The notes under the pieces: generated by a model | Databases searched by the model: none | What the model was told of the DNA's origin: nothing | Seen by the model: the letters and a program-made list of their open reading frames with translations, nothing else | In this document: positions 28,547 to 41,549 of the stretch, piece by piece | Layout: the number at the start of each line of letters is the position of its first letter | Position numbering within the stretch: the first letter of the stretch is position 1 | Assembly: GCA_012295275.1 (NCBI GenBank) | Contig: CM022673.1 | Location: 23,250,001-23,314,000 of the forward strand | Source of the DNA: Chrysomallon squamiferum | Lineage: Eukaryota; Animalia; Mollusca | Direction of reading: 5' to 3' | Length of the DNA stretch: 64,000 nt | Translations under genes and position numbers: made by a program

Positions 28547-31500
28547 ACAAACAAACAAATAAAAATGAAAAAGTTTGCCATGTCAATTTCAAATGGGATT
28601 GGATTAAAGATCAATGGTTAACAATGGTCCAGAATGTACTGGAACACAAAACAAATTTCCTTCAGTGCATTCATTAAGTCATTTTCCCATCCCAACCAGT
28701 GATCCCACTTCTAGTTCCATAATATATTATGGTATGTACCATTCAATTTACATATACAAATATATTTTGAATTGTCGGTAAATAAATGTTCATTCAGTTA
28801 GTTAATTCAAATCAGTTTTGTTCAGTTCCACTTGTTGCTTGATAAATAAACAATTTACATGACAACATCTGCAAAATGATTATTATATTACCGATACAGA
28901 TAATTTACTATATGTTTTTATTTGTAGATTGCAATATGTCAAAATTTTGTAAATAATCATTATTATAATGCACACATTATCAGCTAGTGAAACCTGCAGT
29001 ATTGACCTAGATTTGATTTCATCACATATGAATTATTTCTTTATTATGTTATTACTGCAATTGTACTTTATCCACCGTAAAAATGACATCTGTCAGAATA
29101 TAAGTATATATGATAATGCTCGGAATCTATCTAACAACCTCTGTAACTGTATGTAATTACCATGGTATATTTAACTGCAATGGTAACTGAATTAACTACT
29201 ATGATAATATAAATATATAATAATTATTTTGTCTGAATCTAACTACCTTGCTAACAGTTAATTATTTTGATAACGCTCTAAATAACCAAAGTTTTAAAAT
29301 CAGGAATCCCTTGACTCTGATAGACCAACTAATAAGAATGACAGATGAGGAGATAGTAAAATAACAGAGATAGCTATAGTGATGACTGAACTGTCTCAGT
29401 GTCAGCCATGGGTACCATTATGATCACTGATCAAAAACAGTATGCAGAGATGTCACTGTGTGATTAGAGAATTCATGAATGTCGTCAGTAAGTTTAGATG
29501 ATAAGAGCAGCACCTAACAAAATACAGACTGAAACAGCAATTAGTACTGTGGTGAGGAGATGATATGGGAGATAAATAGGCTGTTATTATTATTGTTATT
29601 GATGTTAAGTAAATGATGTGTATTTTAACTACCACACCTGGCTACAGAAAGTTATCTTTGTGATAAACATTTGCCATTGTTTCTGTACCTGACAAATCAG
29701 TTAATACTGCAGACTCTGCATAACTGACTACAGATCAATGTCTGCAAATCACCAATTCAATTTGTTAATGTCTGGCCAACTCTGACTCATACAGCAGCCA
29801 TTATCAGTCACTCCCACCCACTAGAAATGCAATTCTCATTACAAACAGGACAGTGTGGAATTATGGATGATACTGTTCAGACGATTTTAGGGTGTGATTT
29901 GCAAGTTAATATTGTGCAGTGATACTAAAGTTGTGATAAAATTGTACAGATGAAACAGTTTCTTTAATCGCTGACTTATCTGCTTCTATAACTCACTGTT
30001 TAGAGTTTGGGCTTAAGAAATAATGTAACCTCATGACCAGCCCTTGTTGAAGCTCCAATTCAGATATTTTCATGTTCAGTTTCTGTAACTGTACTATAAC
30101 TTGCTAATCAAAAAACATTTAAAAAAATATTTTGCTGTCAAGTCTTAAAAGTTGGTTTCCTAAACATAACCTATGGTGACTCATAACTAATAAAATGGAA
30201 ACTCTTAATAGCAGCAAGATACCTTTATATGCAGTTTTCCACTGAAAGTCAAAATATGTTGGCTTGAATAGAAAACTAGTCTAATGAATAAGCAGGTGAA
30301 AATAAATACTGATCCAGCAGATTATTGGATTATCGAATTAGTTGTAAAGGATTACAGCATCCTGGTACATTATAATACAGAAGAGTTTACTGTAAATGTA
30401 ATGTGTTTACATTAGAAGATGACTAAGTTGCTGTAATGGCTAAAACAACAGTTAAGCAGGGTTATGTAATCTGAGTGTGCATGGTGAACACATAAATGGT
30501 AAATTAATGACAAATTTTAAACTCATTCTATAATGTAACCATGCATCATAATGGCAAAAATAAGTTTTCAGTGTTATGTTATGAAATAATGTGTCAGCTG
30601 TTCTGAAATAGTACACCACACAACTAGTTGTAATATGATTATGGGAGGGGGCAGACATGGGATAATGGGACAGCAAGAAAAACAGAGACCTAAGGGTGAG
30701 CATCATTCCACTAGCACAATAATCAGCAGTTTCATTGCAGTTTAGTTGTCACAGACCCAACTGTTGTTAGTGGTCCTGTCACTGTAATGAAATGAATTAA
30801 GATGTGAAAAACTGCAATAGTAACAAAAGAAACTAAAGCAGTAACAACAGTAACAACAGGTGGACCAATAACCGCATCACTAAATTCAGCAGTTGCATGA
30901 GTAAAAACCAGCAGCAACAGCAATCACACCACCAAGAGAACAACTGCCACAAAATAATTAAAAGATAAACAACAACAACAACAACAGCAAAAAACATCAA
31001 CATAAAATGAAATCAATAGGAAATTAAAATAAATGGTGTGTGTTTAAGTGTATATGTATATCATATATAAAACAAAACAAACAGAATTGATAATAGATTA
31101 AAGGTGAAATTTATAGTAAAGAAAAAAAAATGAAATGAAAATAAATAAAAAATATAAAAAAGGCTACAAACAAAAATCAAATCAAAATGAAACATTATTT
31201 AAGTACAAAAACCATACAGCAAAACAAAATTGGTTTTATTTCATGTGTGTGTGTGTGTGTGTTTTGTTTTAAAACTTCAGTGAATAAAACAGAAATAGCT
31301 CTCTAATTGATATTTCAGGTTTCTAATGAAGACATTTATAACTGTCAGGTGAATGGCAACAATTTCTGTTTAATTGTCTGTTATATATTTATTATCCTAG
31401 AATCTGTAACATGTTTATATAACAAATCTGTTTAATAATCTGAAAGATTGGGAAAAACCCCATTAAAATTATATTCAAAACAATGTTTCTCTCGGTGAAA

Positions 31501-33975
31501 AATGGCATTACTAATACTAAATAACCACTGATATAGAAATGTGTTCAGGTGTGGTTAAACAAACGTATTCATGCATATAATACATTAATTTATATTGTAC
31601 ACTGTTTCTAGGTCATTCAGATTATTTTCCATTTTGTTCTATGCTCCATAATAGGTTCCTTAGATTCAGAGTGAAAAGTTTGTATTTTGGACATAATTTA
31701 TGATCTATATTCACACATACAAAAACACACATGCACGCACACACACAACACATGCATACAAATGCAAATACTAGTCTTTTTTGTAGTATGGTTTGTCACA
31801 GATGGCTGTATTTGCTAACAATGGTTGAACAATTCAGAGTGAAAAATAATATACATCATTTAATTATGGATGTGAATGGATGAAAGGACAGATTTTTTAT
31901 AGCTGGTATGAATGTTTGATGCGTTGGATGCACAATAGTGTAAAAGCAGAACTGTACAGCTGTGTATAACAGGATATCTGTATGTAAAGTCAAATCATCT
32001 TGCTTTGTGTTACAACACATCTGTACACCTGCATGCAGCAGATGAACTGTTAATTTCAAATAAAAGTAGAACTTCACACAGCTGTATAACACTAGAAATG
32101 CAGCTCTGTGTAAATTAAAGCCTTCCAGCTGTATATAATCACTGAACTGTACATCTGCGTTTAACAGTAGAATTGTACATCTGCGTGTAACAGCAAAAAA
32201 TCTACATCTGTGTGCAACCATAGAATTGTACTTTATTGTATAACAACAAATTTTACAGTGTATGCAACAGCAGAACTGTATGGTTTTGTGTAACAGTAGA
32301 ACTGTATGGTTTTGTGTAACAGTAGAACTGTACAGCTGTAACAGCAGAACTGTACATAATTTTGAACAGTACAAATGTGTACAACAGTGAAACAGTAATA
32401 ATATAATTTATTTTTGTATCTATTAACAAATAAAATTATGCTGATGTTAATCTGCAGTCATTTTTAACTAAAGTTTGAATGTTATATATATATATATAAT
32501 GTGTTTACTTTAAAAGATGACTAAGATGCTATAATGGCTAAAACAACAGTTTAGCAGGGTTATGTAATCTGAGTGTGCATGGTGAACACATAAATGGTAA
32601 ATTAATGACAAATTTTAAACTCATTCTATAATGTAACCATGCATCATAATGGGAAAATATATATATATATATTAATTTAAATTGTAACACTATATATATA
32701 CACTTTTTAGTATTCCTTCCCGTGAACAGGATGAATTAATGCATGTATGTTCAATGACTGTGCAGTTTATAAAATACCTCTAATGTTGACTGCCAAACAA
32801 CTGTGGCCTATTCACATATTTAAAGATAATTATTTTTTCTATCTCATGAATATTAACATTATTACTTTCACTCATCACTTAAATAAATACATAAATCATT
32901 CTATGATACTCTGTAAATAGAATTATTTTTCTCATTACATAAACATAATTAATTTTCTTCACCCAGTAAATATTTTTTCTATCATGTAAATAAATGCTAT
33001 TTATTTTCTCTATTCCATATACATACAAATAGAATTATTTTTTATTTTTTATTTTTATATTTAAATAAATAAATAAATAAATACAATTATACTCCTTTAA
33101 TGTAAATTAATACTGTTGTTTTCCTGTCTTGTATATAAATATATTTTTCTCATTAAATGATTATAATCACTTTTCATATCAAATAAACAAAAATATTTTT
33201 TCTTATCACAAAAAAGTTATGTGCCACATGTTTCACATCTGATAATAGGCAATCAATGAATTTTGTAAAAACCATAAACATAGAAACAATTGATCATGCT
33301 GATTTACTAAGAAAGAAAAAAGAAGCAGAAATATCTTTTCACAAACAGATGTTTATCATTCAGTGCATCTAAAATTAATTATATATATATAAATACCTAT
33401 CAAGCACAGAAGAATCAGTAGGATATGTTTCACTTAGAAAAGGATTATAGATTTGCGATTGGTCATTAGAAGCTGTAACTTGAATTACTCACGTTAAAAG
33501 AATCGGTATAAAAAACTTTGTTAAATTAGTTAAATCTTTGTTAAAAAGAATTCATTTATTCAGCAAGTGAAAAAGGTAAGAGCTTTAGCTGCATATGCTG
33601 GGCTTAATTCCATTCCAGTCACAGAGCTGCAGTTTGTTTGTAATTTGTAATATCCTTTTTTTTTTAAGTCAAAGTATATATATAAAAAAAGTCACTGATA
33701 CCGATTGATAAGAGAACAGATGAAATTATGGTTTGTAGTTATCCTTTTCATATTAATAAAACACAGATCAAAATCAAAGATATCTAAAAATTGCTTATAT
33801 TAAAATGTGTTGTAATCTCATTTATAATAATAAAAATATTGTTTACTGCTATTAATCATTAATATTAAAAAGTGTTGAGTTAATGTACAAGATATATTCA
33901 TGAAATTATTAAATAATAATTTAAAAAATAGCTCACCTGACTGTGACCAAGAATGTAAGTCCCTTCATTTGCCAT
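4568..33975 (-). CDS. SLC38A11: SLC38A11-like putative sodium-coupled neutral amino acid transporter (Aa_trans family), 5' part; gene continues beyond position 1
   Basis: Four phase-compatible GT-AG exons (33975-33937, 15482-15341, 14161-14087, 4626-4568) splice to MANEGTYILGHSQ-TFSDFSETSSISDTRHLVEEKDDGKPRSNVPMTSFNFINSIIGSGII-GMPFALRQAGFGLGIILIIAVALIT-DYSIFLLIEAGHLSNTDTYQ. FNFINSIIGSGIIGMP..AG and TDYS..LI..G..YQ are TM1-TM2 motifs of SLC38A11. No further exon found in 1-4567. Confidence 0.85.
6320..6520. repeat. Degenerate ~50-bp tandem repeat (about 4 units)
   Basis: Recurring 'actatattttt(t)caat/agt...tcaaatgt...cactgaca' at ~6323, 6371, 6420, 6470. Confidence 0.55.
8576..8720. repeat. 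Compound (TG)n microsatellite
   Basis: TG runs interrupted by TGCG/TGAG. Confidence 0.9.
10985..11024. repeat. (GT)n microsatellite
   Basis: Perfect GT run. Confidence 0.95.
14087..14161 (-). CDS. SLC38A11: SLC38A11-like exon (GMPFALRQAGFGLGIILIIAVALIT)
   Basis: tattttcag| acceptor, 75 nt, G|gtaaat donor, phase 1-1. Confidence 0.9.
15341..15482 (-). CDS. SLC38A11: SLC38A11-like exon (TM1, FNFINSIIGSGII)
   Basis: tatttcag| acceptor, 142 nt open, G|gtcagc phase-1 donor. Confidence 0.9.
24894..25585. repeat. Tandem duplication, two ~347-bp units
   Basis: 'acttaatgac(t/a)tcaggacaa(t/c)agtatttgct...ctgatggtacagaacaggaaattcttcagaaccttttacttcatt...' starts at 24894 and again at 25241. Confidence 0.92.
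27449..27752. repeat. 26-bp minisatellite x ~5 followed by (CT)n and (CA)n
   Basis: ctaaccttaactcattctttcacact at 27449, 27475, 27501, 27527, 27553, then a CT run to 27645 and a CA run to 27752. Confidence 0.93.
30197..30248 (-). mobile_element. Decayed SINE core fragment (molluscan tRNA-SINE-like)
   Basis: 'actcttaatagcagcaagatacctttatatgcagttttccact' resembles the remembered molluscan SINE core tagcagcaagggatcttttatatgcactttcccacag. A more degraded relative lies at ~55001-55075. Confidence 0.4.
30400..30559. repeat. ~160-bp segment duplicated at 32498-32657 (source copy)
   Basis: Near-identical direct repeat 'aatgtgtttac...gatgactaag...ggctaaaacaacagtt.agcagggttatgtaatctgagtgtgc...catcataatgg'. 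Confidence 0.93.
31935..32395. repeat. Degenerate ~26-bp minisatellite (gtgtaacagyagaactgtacatctg-like)
   Basis: Repeated 'aacag(t/c)agaa(c/t)tgta' with ~26-bp period; it explains the spurious 172-aa ORF. Confidence 0.8.
32498..32657. repeat. Second copy of the 160-bp segment, flanked on both sides by (TA)n
   Basis: Direct repeat of 30400-30559, with TA runs immediately left and right. Confidence 0.93.
33937..33975 (-). CDS. SLC38A11: SLC38A11-like probable first coding exon (MANEGTYILGHSQ)
   Basis: ATG GCA start, 13 codons, strong phase-0 donor CAG|GTGAGC, in frame with exon 15482-15341. Confidence 0.65.
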
Positions 33976-34679
33976 ATTTGATTTTTCTTAATGAAAATTT
34001 TCTTCACTGCAGACTTGTCAAATATCTACTTTACACCTTATATCTAATGTTCATCTTCATACAGTTTCAAAATGTTCTTTACTTTGGACTGACAGCACAG
34101 TTTCACACTCTGGTTGAAAATATAAAAAAGTTCTTAATAATGATTATGTAACTGTACCACAAAGGTTGAGAATTAATATGAATACTGGACACCACTTTCG
34201 TTTTTGACTTACATTCACAGTTCCTGTAAACTTGAGAGATAAAAAAAGTTATTCACTTGTTAATAACAGTTCCAGAAATCAAGACTTGCTTTTCTCTGCA
34301 CTGAAATAATAACCAGTAAAAAACAGATGCTAGCACATAAATCATTTTTCTCTCCCTTTTATCCTTCTTATTTTCTCCTTCTATCATTCATTCATATTCT
34401 CTGCTTTTATAAGTGTACAAATACTATTCTCTCTCTTTCCTGTTGTCTCTCTCCCTGAATAACGTACTGTCCTAGCTAGGTGGAGAGAAGTGACTGTTGT
34501 GTGCTGGTGAATTCAGAATTACGGCTAGTGTATTGATTGATTTTTTTCTTGCTGGCAGCACACAATTCATGGGATGCATGAACCTGTAGTGTTGTTGTAA
34601 GAGAAGAAATGTATGGCTTTATACTAAAATGTCTGTTCTGAATATATTCCATTTAAATGTGTCTCAGCATGAATGCTGT

Positions 34680-34813
34680 ACCTATATCTATCTATCTATC
34701 TGTCTATCTATCTATTTATCTATCTATCTATCCCTGTGTTTAATTTGTGTGTATGTCTGTGCTGTATGTATCTAATTATGCATGTATATATATATATGTG
34801 TGTGTGTGTTTTT

Positions 34814-34851
<38 letters not shown>

Positions 34852-34859
34852 TATATGCC

Positions 34860-34890
<31 letters not shown>

Positions 34891-34945
34891 TTGTAAGTGA
34901 GTGTGTTTATTTGTATGTGATTGTTGTTGTGTTTGTGTTTGTGTG

Positions 34946-34982
<37 letters not shown>
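34680..34982. repeat. Compound microsatellite (TATC)n/(TA)n/(TATG)n/(TG)n
   Basis: Directly visible. Confidence 0.92.
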
Positions 34983-34983
<1 letters not shown>

Positions 34984-36317
34984 GTTTGTAAAAGCTGTTG
35001 CTCTCAATTGATGAATCATCTTTACAAAAGTACAGATGGTACTTTTGTGGTTTTTGGGGCTGTTGTGGCTAATTCTGAAGTGTGTCTCACTGCTACAGTA
35101 CACTCATTGTTGGTTGGTTTTCTACCTCAGATATGCTAATGATCAGCCATAATATTGAAGGCTTTTAGTACAACTTTTTTCAGTGAAGAAATTAAAACTT
35201 CATAACATAATGAAGATAATAATGACAGCACACACACACACATCACACACAAACACAGACCACAGATACACACCCACCACCCACCAACTGACACACCCAC
35301 CCACCCACACACATATTCCTAGACAGATATGCACACACTAAAACACTGACACATACATACCCATTGTTACACATATACAGACAGACACATACATATAGAC
35401 ATGCATACACACACACACACACTCCAATTATTAGCATTTTAAAATGTACCTGTTGTAATACAAATAAATTGGTATAATACATTTATTTATACTTTGAAGC
35501 TATTATTTTATTGTTTTGGGCAAATTATTATCACTTATGGCAAAGTATGACAATAAAATAATATTGTCAAAAAAGAGTCATGATGTCAGTGCATATGGAG
35601 AAGAGTTTGTATTCATTCTGACAAATAAAGAATTTTTTTTAAAAACAAATTAGTACACCCAAACATACATTAATATATTGTAATAGCTAACAAGAAATAT
35701 TGTTTAATTTAATTACTGGTATACCAAGTCAATTATTTCTTGAATATCTATCATTATTTTTCAGCTGATTAATTTTTATAACTCTGTCATTTAATTCACA
35801 CACATCTTTCGTTTTCTTCTTTCCTCAAAAGATACTGTAGTAGATACCTAATTTCTGACTAGCCTAAATCATCCTATAAATCCATCCTCATAATCAGTTG
35901 ATCCATCCATTCATAATAAGTCCAGATTAAATCAGTCTGTCTGCCCTTCCTTTCATACTTTCATCCACATAACATAATAACCTATCCATCTGTATTATTG
36001 CTTTGTTCTTTGGCCCAACCATTTCATAAGTCAAATTCATTTATCACTCCATCAACTTAATATATCTATTTGTTTATCATCCATTCATACTACCATCCAT
36101 TTGCCAGATGTTTTTGTATTAATCCATGTATGCAGTCTTAATCTGTGCAGATACATAATCTATCTAACAAAACCAAATTATTGCTATATATTGTTTTCAT
36201 GTCTATCTATCCATTGTCTGTCTAATGAAATCCAATATTTTATCTGTCTATGCAAATGTGATGCACCCTCAATCAATTAATCAATCCTAAAATCCAGGGT
36301 TCCATATCATCTAATAT

Positions 36318-36398
36318 CATCCATCCATCTATCCATCCATCTATCCATCATCTATCCATCCATCTATCCATCCATCTATCCATCCATCTATCCATCCA
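36318..36398. repeat. (CCAT/CTAT)n tetranucleotide repeat
   Basis: Directly visible. Confidence 0.9.
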
Positions 36399-37472
36399 CC
36401 ACTCAGCCACAAACATAAATCCATTAGACTGTCCCTTTGTCCATTCATAGTTGTCTAATAAAACACAGTGTATTTTCCATTGATATATATATGTTTATAC
36501 ACAAAATCCAAATTTATCCCTCTTTCTATCTGTCCATCCATCCAGAGAAAATGTGATGGTTGCTGACAGTGTCAACATGACCAGCATCTGTGGAGGACAT
36601 GTCACATCCTGTTGTTTGTGCTGAACATGGAAATGAGTTCATTAAGGTGGCAACTGAGTTTCCCCTCTCTTCATCTGAAATCAATTAATCATAATTGAGT
36701 CTTCACACTGTTTATCAAAATATGTTCTAGTATCCTGCTAGTTCACCATCTGGTTCAGGAGGAGGTACATTGTAGATCCTGGTATAGGCTGTGATGTATC
36801 TTGAATTTCAAATCTGAAGAGTTATAGGATCAAAACTTGTGCAGGTATCCTTTCCAAAATACATTACATTTTCATTATATTATGCTGTAGTATATAAGCG
36901 TATTCTTGCCACAATACTTTTGTTAAATACACTGGTTTATCTTCAGCAGGAACAAGAAAAAAATATTGGGTTGAAACTTAAGGATCTGATTTATTATGAA
37001 CAATGGTACATTAATAATGAAACATAGAATATTGTAAATGAAAAGGTACTTCAGATATTCTCACAGAAATAGTGTTTATTATGTAAAGTGGGATGGCAGT
37101 TTTTAATTAAATTATTAAGTTTGAAGGATGGCAGGCTGTAGAATCGGAACATGTTTTTCTGTTTAAGAATTGCTGCTTCCCATTCCTGCCTGCTCGTTAC
37201 TGATTTATGAAAGGTCACATATGAAATTTCCCATCCATGAGAAGGTGCAATAAACAATTATTTGCTGCTATTTGGTAACAGTAGCCTTTGAAGTGGCTGT
37301 ACTGAATGTTGTCTGGCTGACATTAATATTAAAAATATATTTAAATGGCATTAATCATTCATTATTCCATTAATTTATATTCATTCATATAAGATTACTC
37401 TATACAAAAAGGGTATCTGTTAAGTGTTATTGGTATTAAATCATTTCCTTGTCATTTTGTTATATTTGACTT

Positions 37473-37524
37473 TGTTTAACACCCAGTAGCCAATATATTT
37501 TTTGTGCTGGGGTGTCGTTAAACA
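37473..37524. mobile_element. Short hairpin-forming interspersed repeat fragment
   Basis: TGTTTAACACCCAG...CTGGGGTGTCGTTAAACA imperfect inverted repeat followed by a (cattc)-like tail. It resembles a gastropod interspersed repeat end (from memory). Confidence 0.4.
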
Positions 37525-40500
37525 TTTGTTCATTCTTTCTGTTCCTGACACAAACTGCACTAAGCAGGACTTATATTTTTACCTTTTTTGTTTACCTGTG
37601 TTCATCAGTTGTGTAGACACTCTCAACTGCAAACATACAATGACACAGAAAATGTAATACAGTTCTGCATTTATTGATCAGTTTCCACAAAATATAGTAA
37701 TCAAAATAACTACTACTCATTATAAAAATTATAGTCTGTAATTAGAGATCATCTAGCTTTCACTTAATTGTTCTTATAATACAGTGGACACCATGATGAA
37801 TAGTAAACAAAAACTTCAGTACATTTTAATATTAATGATTGTTATGTTTCAGCTATACATCTATCCATATATTTTCTACTTATGGTGATTAGTAAAGAAG
37901 AAAAAAAAATTATATATGTACCTGTATTAGATTGGAAATTAAATATGATTGCTTTTGACAAACTAGTCTGAGCCACTGGTTTTAACTGGAAAAACCCATG
38001 AAAAGGATTATATAGTACATCATGTCAGACTTGTTTTCTAACTCCTGGCTATTGGACATTCCATAACTTTTTATAGTCATTTTTGTTCTTTAACATATAA
38101 ATCTATACATGTGTGTGTGTGTGTGTGTACTTTTCAGTTAAGTGAATCAAATGACTTTAGCAAATTCTTACTTTTAATTATATCATGCCAAAACAACAAG
38201 CTTTTCCTTATCCTGTAACAAAGTATATTTTTTTAACATCATTTGTTGGCATAGAAAAAATGTATTTTCCTAAAAAACAGGAACTTGGCAAAAAACACTC
38301 TCATCTATAATTTTCTGAGCCTTAATATACATGGCCAAACTTTTTACACAGAATGTCTCCAAACCCTAATTCCCTAATTCAAACTTCTAATTCAAAACAT
38401 CCAATTTGAAACTTTTGGTTCATACTCTGCCAAATTGCCAAAACAATAATTATTTTTTCTATGCTCTGACTAACACTTTAAATCCTACTCAAAATTCCCA
38501 ATTAGCAGTGTATGGTGTTAAAAACTAGCACCAGGATTCAAACCCAAAACCTCCCAAATACACATCAAACACTGATGGCTTAATCAATGCTTCAGACAGA
38601 GTTGGTGACAGCTTAAAACATTTCCCATTTCCTTTCAGAGAAGACAAACTAAGTTCAAGCTGTGACAGGAATTGAGAGAATCATTACAGCTCTGCACAGA
38701 TTGAAACATTCCAGCACAACATGGCCAGAGTGTATTTAGTAATCATTACTGAGTGAAAAATCTGCTGTGGCTTAATATACTCACCATGTTCTTTATGTCT
38801 GCTCTCAGTTTTTCTTTTCTTTGATTTTTTTTTATTCATTTATTAATTTTATTTTGCTCATTTTGTTCATTGCTTCATTAATTCTTTCTTTTCTTCGTCA
38901 TTTCTTTCATTTTGTTTTTTTTATTTCATTCTTTGATTGTTTCTTAGTTTTATTTCTTCTTGTTCTCATTCTTTTCCTTCTTATGGTTTTGGGGTTTTTT
39001 TTTTGTTATTTGTTTTTTTTATTTAGGCTTTTTTTCACAAATTGTTATTGTTATTATCTCTTAACACTAAAAAGTAAAATATATCACTTTTGTATAGCAG
39101 GTGGAGGGGATTTTTGTTGGTTCTGCAAAATGTTTATAAATTATTGGCTAGACATCTTCAGGCTGTCTAAAGATTTAGCACAGAGGGAACAAATAACCTG
39201 ACAGGCTGCAGTGTCAATCTTCAGCAGACCCATTTACCATTATACAATATCTGATGTATTAAAATTGTGTTATATGTTTTTCTGAAGGCAGATCTAAAAA
39301 TCCAGTGCTGCTAATCATTATTTTTGTTTTTAACTGTCTGTTTGAAATTTACATTGAAAATTTACTTCTTCAAGCATGAAATTAGCTTATGAGGCTAAAT
39401 AAATAAAATGCAACTGAAAATAAAACTTTTCTTTATTCTAATCAAAGATGACAAATCTATTTGCTGTAAAATATTATATATTCTTTTTTTTTTACACATC
39501 ACACTTGTAGACTAATGAGTTAAAATCAATCTATTTCATATGTGAATGATAATAACTACATTAAATAAAAGAATAAATTTATTCTTCTCAAAAGAATTAA
39601 TGCAATCGTTGATGCAGATGGAAACAAATGAATTAACTGCTGTAACATATGTAACGCTATGTTTATTTTGAACCATTTAGAGATTATTAAAGTAGCCTTA
39701 AGTGTAATGCATTGATTTATTAAAAGAACAACAAATTCATGAGGTAATTTCAAATCTGTTTTAGAATATCTTACATTACTGTTGTTTGGTATTGTTTACT
39801 TATATTATTTCCATTTTCATGAATTCAGAAAATTTTCTATTTGTGCTTGGTAAGTAAAAACAAAAAATACTAAAAAAAAGTGAAACACTGAAGATGCATT
39901 CATATAATAATTCTTGTGTTTTCCTTTTATTGTAAAACTTTTGTAAGAAATACATCTGATCTTCAGAAGTGATTATATTCCACTAATTCATATTCCAATA
40001 TTTCATGAATATTTTACTAAAATTTTATTAATATTGCATTAATATTCCACTAAAAACTAAAAGTGCAAGTTATAAGACCTAACTGGATTTCATATCAGTT
40101 AATTAATTTTTTTTCTATCTGAAATTCATGTCCCTTGTCAGTTCTGAGATACTTGTTTGATTAATTCTATCAGAACACTAACCAGCCATCCACTGGTGCC
40201 ATATAAGCATCTGCTTGACTGACTGTCTGTCAGTCTATCTGCCACATTGATCCTGCTTGGTGGTCTGGTGAAGTAACAGATCTGTCAAACCTCACCCAGG
40301 CTACTGAACAGTGTGCCAAAGATATATAAACTATTTGACAATGTGTTTAATATAGACAACCTAAACTCCTATAAAATATGTCAAAGGTAGATAACCTACA
40401 GACTCTTGGATAGTGTGTCCTTGACAGGGATGTTTGAATCATGCCAGGATGTTAGCATATTTCAAATTGTGTTTTCTTGTGCAGCAATAATGTTTTTAGC

Positions 40501-41549
40501 ACTAACTGAATAGATAAACTGGTCTGATGAGAACAGTTTCTCCTAGACTTATTGATCTCTTTGATATTTCTGAGAGAAAAAAAAGTCAGTTTGATATAAC
40601 AAACATTTTTTTTTTTTGTTATTGCTGGTTATTAGCAGATATTAATGCTATTGTACTGGAGGCAAATCACTGAATTCATAATGATGTGTGGGAGTCTGAG
40701 ATTTTTGACTAAACATCTTTCAGTGCCTCAAGTCACAGTTCAAACACTGACAGTTGACTGGCTAATAAATTTCAGATGATTTTTCATGTTGTTGTTGTTT
40801 TATAGTAATGGTTGTAACTGGAGTAGTTGAAGTAGTAGTAACAGAAGTGATGGTTTCAATTGCAGTATTATAGTGGTAATAGCAGCAGCAGCAGGAATTA
40901 TAATAGCATTTATAGTAATAGTTCTGACATTTTTTTCTGTTATTATTATAACTGGTGGTTACGTTGTAATATTAGTATCGGTAGCACTAACAGTAGTAGC
41001 AGCAATATTAGCAGAACTAGTCTTAATGACATCAAGACTATTTGAACAGTGTAACTGATTAAATTAATGCCATTTTGTGCAGCCATTTGAGCATTAAAAT
41101 GACTGATGGATTGATAGTTGCAGTATACGTAAATTTTGTTTATTATTATTTATAACTATTTTAAGATGTATATCTACTAATATATCATTTTATGTTAAAG
41201 ACTATTTAATATTTTGGATTAAATTTTAAATTGTTTCTTATTCTGTATAGAATAATAAAAATTAATTTTATAACATTTGAAACTTAAAATTGTACCAGTT
41301 GCATGAAAGGGAGATGATGTTTTGCTTCCCTTCTTATACACTCATATACTGATTCATTAATAACAACAACAATAATACTAGTAATAATAATAATAAGAAG
41401 AAGAAGAAAAATAAGAAGATAAAAAAGTAGAAGAAAAACTTAATAAAAAATAATAATTTCATGTGCAAGACACATTTGAGAGTTCATGATTACTCATTCT
41501 TATTAGTGATTTTGCACAAGAACATAATTGCTAAATATAGTTGCTAAGT

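Noticed and set aside
31856-32374. 172-aa - strand ORF (longest in the track)
   Set aside because: Lies in a degenerate 26-bp minisatellite; the repeated peptide pattern is a by-product.
34673-35482. Cluster of CV/YI/HT-rich ORFs
   Set aside because: Dinucleotide and tetranucleotide microsatellite translations.
38531-38555. B-box-like ccaggattcaaaccc as a tRNA gene
   Set aside because: No cloverleaf or A-box visible; at most a decayed SINE head.
38821-39201. 126-aa Phe/Leu-rich 'membrane protein' ORF
   Set aside because: T-rich low-complexity sequence with a non-ATG start.
40860-41058. Hydrophobic and Ser-rich overlapping ORFs
   Set aside because: (GTA/GCA/ATA)n degenerate triplet repeat; similar tracts at 1200, 14230 and 23780.
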